A stretch of 63,153 nucleotides of DNA, filler included, from Malassezia furfur (lineage: Eukaryota): the NCBI GenBank assembly GCA_052055015.1. It is 21 parts of 21 records of this genome, joined end to end, with 100 filler letters (N's around TTAATTAATTAA, not from the genome) between each part and the next. Parts side by side here need not be neighbours in the genome. Positions count along the whole stretch, not along the records: positions 9,239 to 12,208 come from JBQJIT010000825.1; positions 12,309 to 15,266 come from JBQJIT010000826.1; positions 15,367 to 18,323 come from JBQJIT010000827.1; positions 18,424 to 21,375 come from JBQJIT010000828.1; 17 more parts are not named here. One strand, given 5' to 3'. The first letter of the stretch is position 1; each line of letters opens with the position of its first letter. This document shows positions 9,239-18,586 of the stretch, one piece after another. The position numbers were made by a program, and so were the translations under genes. Under the pieces are notes generated by a model. The model had not been told where the DNA came from. It searched no databases and was given only the letters and a program-made list of their open reading frames with translations.

Positions 9239-11749
9239 CTCGGCGCTCGGCGTATGTGTGGCGGGCGCCGGCGTGGGCGCGGCCGGCTCGGCGCGCGGCA
9301 GCAGCGCGTCGAGGTACGCGTCCGCCAGCGTCGTGACCGGCGGCAAGAGGTGCGGCGGCGCACTGAACAGCGCGAGCGCCTCGCCGAGGCCTGCGTCCGT
9401 CGCGGCCGCCGCTTGCTGCGCACGCGCCTGGTCGGCCTCGAGCAGCTCGGCGATCTGTGCATGCTCTGCCGCGTCCACACCAAATAGCTCGTCGAACAGC
9501 GTCGCACGCGTGTCGCCGAGCGCCGCGGCGTGCAGCGAGGCCGAGGGGTGTGCGCGCGCGGCACCGAGCGCCACGAGCGCGCCGCGCTCGTTGAGTGCGA
9601 CGAGGCGCGGCTCGTGCGCGTCCGGCGCGAGGTTGCGCAGCGTGTCGGGAAGCAGGCGCGGCACACGGTAGGTGTGCGTGCACTGTCCGTCCGGGCGGAG
9701 CGCATGCAGCGCCGTGCCGTCCGCATTGAGCGCGAGGAGCCCGTCGCGGTGCGGCACAAAGCCCGGCACGGCCTCAGGCGCGGCGTACACCATGTGCTGC
9801 CCCACCAGGTCCCACACGAGGAGGCGCGCTGCGCCGAGCGCCGCGAGGTAGCGGCCGTGGCGGCCCACGAACGCGCACCGCTCGGCCGCACGCAGCTCGG
9901 GCGCGGCGAGGCGCGCCTGCATCACGAGCGTGTGGGGGTCCCAGAGCGTGACGAACACGCCCTGTGCGACCGCGAACAGCGAGCCGTCGGGCGCCCACGC
10001 AATGTCGCGCGGCGTCGTGCCGCGGTACGCGAGTGCCGAGCGGCACACCCACGACGTCTCGGCGCGCGCGCCCTTGAGCGTGCGCGTGGCGATGCGCCAC
10101 GTCTTGATCTGCCCCTCGGCGCCGGCGGTCACGAGAAGGAACTCGGCGCTGGACTGGCGCGGCGAGAAGCTCACCGCGGTGACGCCGTGCTCGTGCGGGT
10201 GGTCGATCCGGGTATTCAGCACGTACGTCTGGTGGTGCGCGTCCCACGCCCACAGCTTCAGCGACAGCTCGCTGGTATAGGTGCCGCCGTCGCGCCCGTC
10301 GACGGTCGCCATCCACGCGGCGTGCGTCGCGCCCGCGAGCGGCTCCGAAAACGCGACGTGCTGCACGCGCAGCGGCGTGAGCGCCTCGTCCTCGGGGCGC
10401 GACACGCGGTTCGACGGCGCGACTTCCACGTCGCGGATGTGCTGCCGCGCAGCCACGTCGACAAACTGCAGCGTCGACGGGTGGCCCGCAGTGAGCGCGA
10501 CCTGCCCCGCGGCGCGGTCGAGCGCGAGGGGGTGCGGCAGCGCCGCGCGGCTCGGTGCGTCCAGCAGCGCGCGCGTCGCATCGCACTTGACCGTCGCAAA
10601 GACGCGCGCGATACGCAGCGACAGGCTCGCGATGAACGCCACGCTGCCGTCCGCAAGGCACACGACGCACTCTTGCTCGCTCTTCTCAAAGCTGTGTGCC
10701 ACGGCCACCGCCACGATCCCGGCACCGAGGCGCGGCACAAACTCGCGTGCATCCGCGCCCACAGCGTTGCCGCTGCTCAGCTTCCACACGACGAGCACGC
10801 CCTCCTCGCCACCAGACAGCAGCTGCGCACCGTCCCACGTAAACTGCAGCGCAGCGACCGCATGCGCGTGCCAGTGCAGCGTCGTGGTCGGCACCGCGTC
10901 CGTGGCCTGCTCGGGCACACGCCCCGCGGCCGCAAACTGCTCGAGGCAGTACCAGATGCGGATCTTGCCGTTCGCCTCGCCCGTCGCGAACCGCGGCGTG
11001 GACGCGTCGGGGTGGAAGGCAAGCGCCGTGAGGCGCGACTCGGACGCATACTTGACGAACCCCGCGCTGGTATCATGCAAGGACAGAATGTGCACGCGGC
11101 TCGCCCCCAGCGCGACGAGCCACGCGCCGTCGGGCGACACGCGCAGGTGCGTCACCTGCCGCGCCTTGCCGAGGCGCACCTGCTTCACGGCCTTGTGTGC
11201 GTGCGCCGAGGCGCGCCCGAGCTGCACCGAGTACACGGTGGTGCTCCGCCGCGACGACGCAGCGTCCGCCTCGTCGCCGTCTTTGCTCACCGCGACAAAC
11301 AGGCGGTGCTTCCAGTGCGCATGCGCAGCCATGGCGCACACCGCATAGCCGACGTGCATGTCGTCGTGCAGCTCCGAATCCAAATAGTCCCATGTCTTGA
11401 TCGTGCCGTCCAGCGAGCAGGTGAGCAGCTGCAACGGGTTAAAGGGGCTCAGCAGCATCCCCGTGATCGGCGCCGTGTGCCGCTGCCCAGGGCGCGACGA
11501 CTCACCCGAGAGCGTCGCAACCACCTGGTTCGTTGCACGCGACACAATCAGCACCGTGCAGTGCTGCACCACAAACACATAGCTCCCGTCCTTGGTAAAG
11601 ACGGGCGGCACCGACGATGCGGCCTCGTCCTGCAGCACCGTCACAGGCAGGTCGGTCGTGGACTCCGGCTTCGGCGCCGGGCCATCGGCCTCAGCGCCCT
11701 TTGCCGCGTGGGCACCGGCCCTCTTGGCGTCCTTCTTGCGCGCGGGCAT
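9239..11749 (-). CDS. UTP17: WD40 t-UTP ribosome biogenesis protein Utp17/Nan1 (WDR75), 3'-partial
   Basis: TTLHWHAHAV..LQFT.DG..LLSGGEEGVLVVW, FVPRLGA, LKLWAWD...YVLNTRIDHPH, and LFSAPPHLLPP near the C-terminus. Confidence 0.9.
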
Positions 11750-12077
11750 CCCTGCTACAACACACGCTCGCGAGCTCGACGGTGCACGGCGGAAGAAAAA
11801 TTTCGCGCGCTCGGCCGATCCGACTCCACACCGACCGTCCTCTGGGGGCTCGTGCGCAGCTGCCGCACAGCGCCGCTAGCCGTGGAAAGCAAAAGCCACT
11901 TACAAACTAGCAACAAATCGAAAGGACTGTCAAGGTGCCAGACGACTGGCCATAGAAACAAACAAATATGGAATAGGATGTGTATGGAAACCAGCGCAGG
12001 TCGACAGGCAACTTGACTGGGCGCCAGGGTGCTACAGCTGCGCGTCGACACGCACTTTGCGGGTGCGCAACGAGGAC

Positions 12078-12208
12078 TCAGTATTCGCCGCCAAAGTCGT
12101 CGCCACCAAAGTCGCCGCCGTCCATGCCCCCGTCAAAACCGCCGTCGTAGCCGCCGTCCATGCCCCCGTCGTAGCCCCCATCGAAACCACCGTCGTAGCC
12201 CCCGTCAA
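12078..12208 (-). CDS. C-terminal Gly/Asp-rich repeat tail of an unknown protein, 5'-partial
   Basis: Minus strand reads DGGYDGGFDGGYDGGMDGGYDGGFDGGMDGGDFGGDDFGGEY* (12-nt repeat units). Confidence 0.7.
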
Positions 12209-12308
12209 NNNNNNNNNNNNNNNNNNNNNNNNNNNNNNNNNNNNNNNNNNNNTTAATTAATTAANNNNNNNNNNNNNNNNNNNNNNNNNNNNNNNNNNNN
12301 NNNNNNNN

Positions 12309-12529
12309 TCGGCCACGGCGGCGCGCTGGGGCGCGGCGGGGGCCTCGGCGCCCGGCGCATACTCCGAGTCCGAGTCCGAGTCGGACTCGGCGCACTCGAC
12401 GTTGAGGAACTGCGCGTGCCCGGCGGCGCGCGGGCCTGCGAACGCGTCGAGCGGCTCGTACGGGAAGCCGATGTTGAGGTGCTTCAGCGGCGGCGTCGCC
12501 GCGTGCTCAAACGACGAAGCAAAGGCCAT
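12309..12529 (-). CDS. N-terminal fragment of an unknown protein, 3'-partial
   Basis: ATG at 12529 (MAFASSFEHAATPPLKHLNIGFPYEP) open to the contig end with GC3-rich codons. Confidence 0.45.
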
Positions 12530-12837
12530 GGTGCAGCAGCGGCCCACAGAACCGACCAAGGACGAGGGGAGGCGTGTGCGCGCGAGGCGATGGGGGGAGG
12601 GCAAGGCGCCGCCGCTGCGCCTGGCGCCGTTCTACGCGCGCGCGCACGGCCATTCGCGGCGGCGCACGGTGGAGTCTCGACGGACGCGCAGGCAGTCAGG
12701 GATGCAGCGCGCCGCCAATCAGCGCGTGGGGTGGAGGTCGTGCGCTCGGCCGACACGCAAGGTGGTGCCTCTCCTCACAGCGGGGGCGCCGCGCGGGCTT
12801 TTAGTCAGTGGCCTTGGGGCGCCAACTCCGCCGGGGG

Positions 12838-13190
12838 ATGGCGCACACGGGCGTGGGACGTGCGCGCGCGGCGTGGGCCGTCGGCGGGCACGCGGTGGTC
12901 GCCGCGCACACGGCGCTCGGCGTGAGCGCGTTTGTCGCGGCGCTCGGCGTGTGTGTGGCGCTGCACTACCGCCGCGTCGTCAAGAACCATGTAGCAGGGT
13001 GGCCGGACGAGTTCTGGCCGTCGGTCAGCGCGACCATCGGCGACTGGTTCCCGGAGCGCAGCGTGTTCCAGATCGCGATTGCCGCCACCTCGGGGCCGCG
13101 GTTCGTGCTGGTGGGCCTGTGTGCCTTGGCCGCCGGCCTGCAGCACCGCGCGCGGCGCGCCGCGGCGCGCACCCCCGCGCTCGTGCACAG
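12838..13190 (+). CDS. CWH43: CWH43/PGAP2 (Frag1-DRAM-Sfk1 domain) N-terminal fragment only, in frame with PPX1; end coordinate approximate
   Basis: HT......AF..AL.....LHY..VVKN.VAGWPDEFWPSVSATIGDWFPERSVFQIAIAATSGPRF is the fungal Cwh43 N-terminal signature. The rest of Cwh43 is absent. Confidence 0.8.
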
Positions 13191-13242
13191 GGCGCGTGCG
13201 CCCAGCGTGCAAAATCGCATGTTCGTGGCGTGCCACGTGCGC

Positions 13243-14769
13243 ATGCGGTGGGTGGGCGCGCTGGTGGTCTTCGCGGTGGGGCTGCGCATGCTGCTTCCCT
13301 CGACGATGACGGAACCGCCGCAGGCCCTGCCTGCGTTTCTCTCCTGGACGAAGCGCGAGGCGCTGGCGCACCTCGCGGGCGAGGCGCCCGCGTCGCGCCT
13401 CGTGCTCATCATGGGCAACGACGCGGGCGACCTCGACTCGGCCGCGTCGGCGATCGCGCTGAGCTACGTGCTGGCGCATGCGCCCACATACGCCGCGGCC
13501 CAGGGCTTCCCCGAGGGCACGACGTTCGCGCCGCTCGTGCAGACGCCGCGCGCCGAGCTTGCGCAGCGCCGCGAGAACCTGCTGGTGTACGAGGCGCTCG
13601 GCCTCGCGCTCGACGCGCTGCTGACGGTCGACGACCTCGGCGTGGACGTCGGGACGTCGGTCGCGCTCTCGCCGCACGCAAACGTCGGCCTGGGCCTCGT
13701 GGACCATGCGCGCCTGGCGCCCGCATGGGGCACGGAGCGGCACGTCGACCTCGTCGTCGACCACCACGAGGACGACGGCCTGTACATGGATGCGCGCCTG
13801 CGCATCGTGCGCGCACCGAGCCGCGACCCCGTGGGCTCGTGTGCGAGTCTGGTAGCCGACGTGTATGCAGACGCGCTGCGCAACACCGACGGCCGCATGG
13901 ACCGGGCGGTGGCCGACCTGCTGCTGAGCGCGATTGTGCTCGACACGAACCACGTACGCATGGCGCCGGCCGGCAAGGCGACGCCGACGGACGCCGAGGC
14001 GTTTGTGCGCCTCGTGCCCGCGTCGTCGTTTGCGTACGACGCCGCGCCCCACTTTGCGAAGATCGCCGCGCAGTACGGCGCACAGACCACCCTGCTCGAC
14101 GCGGACGGCGCGCCGGGGGCCGCGGCGCCGGGCGTGACGCGCGACGCGCAGGCACACACGCGCGCGTGGTCGCGTGCGCTGCGCGCCGTCAAGGGCGACG
14201 TCGCGCACCTCGACACCGCCGCGCTGCTCTCGCGCGACCTCAAGACGGTGTGGGCCCCGACGCCGCGCGGCCAAGTGGTGCTCGGCGTGGCGAGCGTGCC
14301 GGTGTCCGTGGCCGCGTGGGTCTCGGGCGCGTACAGGACGGGCGACGAGCCCGCCTCGACGACACACGCGGCCGCCGAGGCCGAGTGGCGCGCGTGGTGG
14401 CTCGCGCTGCGCGCGTTTATGGCGGCGCGGCGCATCGATGTGCTCGCCGTGCTGTGTGCGTACACGGACCGCGACCTGGGCGAGCGCGCGCGCGACCTCG
14501 TGCTGATGTACGCGGCGAACGCGCACGACGACTCGGTGTTCTCGGCGGTGCTCGAGAAGCTCGTGTCGCGCACGCGGCCGTCGCTCGACGTGACGCCGTA
14601 CGTGAGCCCCCGCCTGGTGGACGGCGCGCCCGAGCACCCGCTGGCGCTCAGCACGGACGACCGGCTCGACAGCGAGGTGCACGCGGCCGTGTTTTCGCAG
14701 GGCAACGTGCGCGCGAACCGCAAGGTGGTGCTGCCCGTGCTGCTCGAGGTGCTACAGACGGCGGACTAA
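13243..14769 (+). CDS. PPX1: Exopolyphosphatase PPX1/Prune (DHH family); start uncertain (13219/13243/13288/13306)
   Basis: MGNDAGDLDS (DxD motif), LVDH, VDHHED (DHH), VGSCASLV, AIVLDT, RDLK, and C-terminal QGNVRANRKVVLP. Confidence 0.88.
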   Translation: MRWVGALVVFAVGLRMLLPSTMTEPPQALPAFLSWTKREALAHLAGEAPASRLVLIMGNDAGDLDSAASAIALSYVLAHAPTYAAAQGFPEGTTFAPLVQTPRAELAQRRENLLVYEALGLALDALLTVDDLGVDVGTSVALSPHANVGLGLVDHARLAPAWGTERHVDLVVDHHEDDGLYMDARLRIVRAPSRDPVGSCASLVADVYADALRNTDGRMDRAVADLLLSAIVLDTNHVRMAPAGKATPTDAEAFVRLVPASSFAYDAAPHFAKIAAQYGAQTTLLDADGAPGAAAPGVTRDAQAHTRAWSRALRAVKGDVAHLDTAALLSRDLKTVWAPTPRGQVVLGVASVPVSVAAWVSGAYRTGDEPASTTHAAAEAEWRAWWLALRAFMAARRIDVLAVLCAYTDRDLGERARDLVLMYAANAHDDSVFSAVLEKLVSRTRPSLDVTPYVSPRLVDGAPEHPLALSTDDRLDSEVHAAVFSQGNVRANRKVVLPVLLEVLQTAD

Positions 14770-15266
14770 GGCGCGCGCGCGACGATGTACGTCGCAAACG
14801 AGCGGCTGCAGAAGATCTTCTCGCCGGGCTGCACCGTGTGGAACATGCGGCGCTGGCGCTCGGCGTGCTCGGTGCGCCGCAGAAACGCAAACGCGTCGTC
14901 CGACTCGGCGTCGCTCGCGCCGCTCTCGGCGTCGCTGCCCGGTCCATAGCTGTCGAGGTCGTTGCGCGGCAGGACCAGCACGCGCACGGCCGCAAACCCC
15001 ACCTCTTCCATCGCCTCGGTGAGCTCGCGCAGCGACCAGATGCGAAAGTCATACGCAAACACATCGCGCAGCCACGAGTGGTCCGCGAACCGGAAGCTCA
15101 GGCTCATCCGGAAGCGGTTCGTGGCGTAGTCGATCGGGCCGTCCTCGCGCCAGTACTCGAACCCGCCGTGCTCCTCGCCGGTGCGCACGAGCTTGAGGCG
15201 CCCGCGCGGCCACTCGGCGCGGGTGCCGCGCGCCTCGGGCGGCGGCGCGGGGAGCACCTGCAGGTC
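14766..15266 (-). CDS. Putative class I SAM-dependent methyltransferase, C-terminal part, 5'-partial
   Basis: FEYWRED..ID.....RMSLSFRFADHSWLRDVFAYDFRIWSLRELTEAMEEVGF resembles the C-terminal half of an uncharacterised methyltransferase family. The SAM-binding motif is not in the contig. Confidence 0.55.
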   Translation of the reverse strand, partial: DLQVLPAPPPEARGTRAEWPRGRLKLVRTGEEHGGFEYWREDGPIDYATNRFRMSLSFRFADHSWLRDVFAYDFRIWSLRELTEAMEEVGFAAVRVLVLPRNDLDSYGPGSDAESGASDAESDDAFAFLRRTEHAERQRRMFHTVQPGEKIFCSRSFATYIVARAP

Positions 15267-15366
15267 NNNNNNNNNNNNNNNNNNNNNNNNNNNNNNNNNN
15301 NNNNNNNNNNTTAATTAATTAANNNNNNNNNNNNNNNNNNNNNNNNNNNNNNNNNNNNNNNNNNNN

Positions 15367-16683
15367 GCTTGACGTACGCCTGGACGCGCTCGTCCCAGAT
15401 AAAGCGCTTGAGGTGCAGCGCGAGGATGTTGGGCGCGTGTCGAATCTTCATGCGCTTCTCGGCCTCCTGGAGACTTGCGCAGGCGTCGCAGAAGAACTTG
15501 TTTCGCCCGTGCAGCATCTCGCTCTCGGAAAACTGGCGCAGGCACGACGAGAGCGACGTGTTCGGCGACACGTTCACCGACAAATCGAGGAAGGCCTCGT
15601 CGCGGTACGACACCTAAGGTCAGCCACAGGGACGCACATTTTCACACGTGAGACACTTGGTCTCGTTCGTGAGCACGCCCTGGAACAGGTCGTGTACGTA
15701 GGTGCGCTGGGTATCGTCGTCGCCACGCGCGGCTGGCGCACTGCCGGTGCTGCCCCCCGCCGACGCCGGCGCATGCAGCGCTTCCAGGTCCTCACCGACC
15801 TGGTTCAGCGTGAAGTTGAGGAATTCGTGCGCGTCGTGGTGCATGCTGGTGTCAAACAGGTCGCAGTTACGCAGCAGCGTCTCGAGGAACGTCTTGATCG
15901 CGTCGGAGCTGACCGTCTGCGACACAATCACCGGCGCCCCACTCGCGTCGCGTTTGGCAGGCGCATCGCCGCTCTGCGGGTGAGCTGTGCCACTTACCTC
16001 GATCGAGATGCGCGACGACTCGCGCGCAATCGCGTGAAAAAGACGCACAAGCGCCGTATGCAGCGTATCGGAGCGCCGCACCACCGGCGATACGTGCGCG
16101 GCGTCCGCTTCCATCACCGCCTCGCGCAGCGGCGCACAAAAGTAGAGCGCTTGCAGCACCGAGTTGGCATAGCTGGGTGTGAGCGCCAGGCATCCACATA
16201 CCACGTATTCCCAAACTGCGTCCCCAGTTAGTACCTGCGCCAAGCGCTCCAATGAGTACGTACGTTTTCAATGCCAAGCAGTGCCGATTTGGTCTCTGAG
16301 TCGTGCACATGGTGGCCGCTGTCGCGCGACCACTCGCGCCACTCGGGTGGCGACCACCCAAGAGACAAGGGGAAACTCGCGGCCATCGCCGCCTCGTCGT
16401 GACGCTGCGATCCAAACGTATTCGGCGACGACACATCTGCACTCGAGCGCATCGGCGAGCCCATCCCCGCGCTCATCCCGTTCGCATCCGTACGGATCGG
16501 GCGGGGATGTGCAGCACTGGACGCCCCCGCCGATCCGCCAGGCGGTGACGCAGCACTGCCCACACTCGACGCGAGCCGCGGACCGCCCGACGTCTTCCGC
16601 AGTGAGCCGGACCGCCCCGTCGGCGAGCCACTCGAATCAGGTACACTGATGCCAAAGATACCCTTCCACGAGAACGATGACAT
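15367..16683 (-). CDS. Ubiquitin-specific protease (USP12/46, Ubp9/13, CreB-like), 3'-partial; introns 16216-16263 (48 nt), 16173-16201 (29 nt), 15614-15637 (24 nt)
   Basis: Spliced Cys box [21 protein letters not shown], then [39 protein letters not shown] and [20 protein letters not shown]. Confidence 0.92.
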
Positions 16684-17154
16684 CGTCTCGCTAACAATCT
16701 GGCCCGAGTCCCCACAGGCGCCGCTCGTCAGGAACGTAGCGACAAGCACACAAGAACTGCCCCAGGCCCGCGGCGTGCCCTGCACGCGCACACCGACTTA
16801 TTGGCCCTCCACTTACTAAACCCACCCGGGGCCCGCCGCGCACGCGTGCGTGCCAAGCAAAGGCCTATCGATGGGCGCGCCTCTTGGCCGCTACGGTCCG
16901 CCTGAGTAAAAAAAAAGGACTGGGTAAAGGACTATAGGATCCGAAGCCAGCAGAGCCTATAGTGCAACGGAGCAAGCGCGCAAAACAAAGTCTAGATAAA
17001 AAGGCATTGCGCTTGCCCATCAAGAAAACAGGGCCAAGTCCCGCTTGGCCAACCGAGACAGAATCATACTGCAAACATTGCCGGAATGCTCGCCCCAATT
17101 ACATTGTCGTGCGTTTCATAGTCGTCGAAGGTTTGATAAGGTGCGCCATGCTTC

Positions 17155-17790
17155 TTAAGCGCGGAGCTTGACCGGGCCGTACAGCGCGAAGTCCCAGGGG
17201 TTGGGCTTGTTGCACTTGTACAGCTTCAGGCCGGTCGTGACGCCCTCGTCGAGCGTGCCCGTGGTCGAAAGACGCTTGAACGCGCTCTTGGTCAGGTCGA
17301 CGTGGTTCTTGCTGCAGCCTTCGCACTCGTCAACGACGCGCACCTTAAGGCACTTGTCCGTCTTAGTGTTGCAAAGGCGCACAAACTCGCCGCACTGGGG
17401 GCCGTTGGTCCACGACTTCTGGACAGCACCAATGTGGTTGTTGTTGTTCGGGTTCCACTTGTCATCACCACAAGCAGGGTTCTTGAGGTCCTCCGAAGCG
17501 TACCAAGTGATACGAACGTTGCTGTCCTGCAGCTCATCACCCTCCTCGGGGCCGTGGCTAAAGCCGTTGCGCGAGTGACGGCGGGCAAGGCCAAAGGCCG
17601 ACTTGCCGCGCACGCCAATCGAGCGCTTCTCCATGTCGTCGTCCTCAAACTCGTCATCACCGACCTTGGAGTCGAAAACGACAATTTCCTTGCCGTTCTC
17701 ATCGTAAAACTTCTCCTCGGCCTTGACAACGGCGGCGAGGGCAGCGAGCGCAAGGAGCGCAAAGAGAGCAAACTTCATAGCACGGATCAT
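17155..17790 (-). CDS. Secreted RlpA-like double-psi beta-barrel (expansin/barwin-like) protein; start at 17790 or 17778
   Basis: Signal peptide MKFALFALLALAALAAVVKA, acidic pro-region ending in KR, then ITWY...PACG, CGEFVRL and VRVVDECEGC..NHVDLTKSAFKRL. Confidence 0.88.
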   Translation of the reverse strand: MIRAMKFALFALLALAALAAVVKAEEKFYDENGKEIVVFDSKVGDDEFEDDDMEKRSIGVRGKSAFGLARRHSRNGFSHGPEEGDELQDSNVRITWYASEDLKNPACGDDKWNPNNNNHIGAVQKSWTNGPQCGEFVRLCNTKTDKCLKVRVVDECEGCSKNHVDLTKSAFKRLSTTGTLDEGVTTGLKLYKCNKPNPWDFALYGPVKLRA

Positions 17791-17926
17791 TTCGAAAATA
17801 GGTGGGTTTCAGTTGTACGTCCAGCGGAGGTCTTGAGGGTTTTGAAGGGGGGGACAAGCGACTGGCGCTCTTCGACGAGTTGGATGGGGGAGATGGTGTA
17901 GGTCGATGGCGGTGCCGCCCGTCCCC

Positions 17927-17932
17927 TATATA
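17927..17932 (-). promoter_or_regulatory. Candidate TATA box of the DPBB gene
   Basis: TATATA about 140 nt upstream of the ATG in an otherwise GC-rich genome. Confidence 0.45.
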
Positions 17933-18586
17933 CTCCCGGGCGCCTTTTGTGTTTTGTCAACGCTGCGCGTTTGCGGATAAGTGGGCGCCTTGGCTCTATA
18001 ATGAATTGGCCAATCACGATCGTGATGACTGTGAGGGGTACTGCATCGTACATTCACTTATTTGCATCGATGCCGTCCTGCAGATATCGGGCAAATCGAT
18101 GCGTGGATTTTGTGCGCCGCAGGTCTAAGCCTATGGCGGACCAGCGTACTGGCGCGCCCCTTGCGCTGACGGTGTTTGTTGGCGGTGCAGCAAACAGTTA
18201 GATGCCTCGATAGGGAAGTGATCCATGCGTCACAGGCATTGAAGTGATTTGTCCCCTGCTGCGCGTTGCCAGCAACCGCGCGGGCGTTCGCAGTGCTGTC
18301 GCGCTCGGCCAGTCGGTGTGGGGNNNNNNNNNNNNNNNNNNNNNNNNNNNNNNNNNNNNNNNNNNNNTTAATTAATTAANNNNNNNNNNNNNNNNNNNNN
18401 NNNNNNNNNNNNNNNNNNNNNNNTGACATTGGCTACCAGAACGACGTCAACCATCCGTTCCGCCTGACGGGCAGCTGGAACGGCGCGCTGTGCCGCTCGC
18501 GCGCGTGCGCCTTGGCGTCGTGGTGGTCGCGCCGCTGGCCGACGCGCACCGAATAGGGCGTGTAGGTTTCGCCGCGTGTTTCGGGC

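Noticed and set aside
9530..12016. Very long antisense or alternative-frame ORFs (also 12402-15314, 43332-45527, 48610-51249 and many more)
   Set aside because: Shadow ORFs expected from very high GC3. They translate to Arg/Ala/Gly-rich sequence without motifs and lie opposite well-supported genes.
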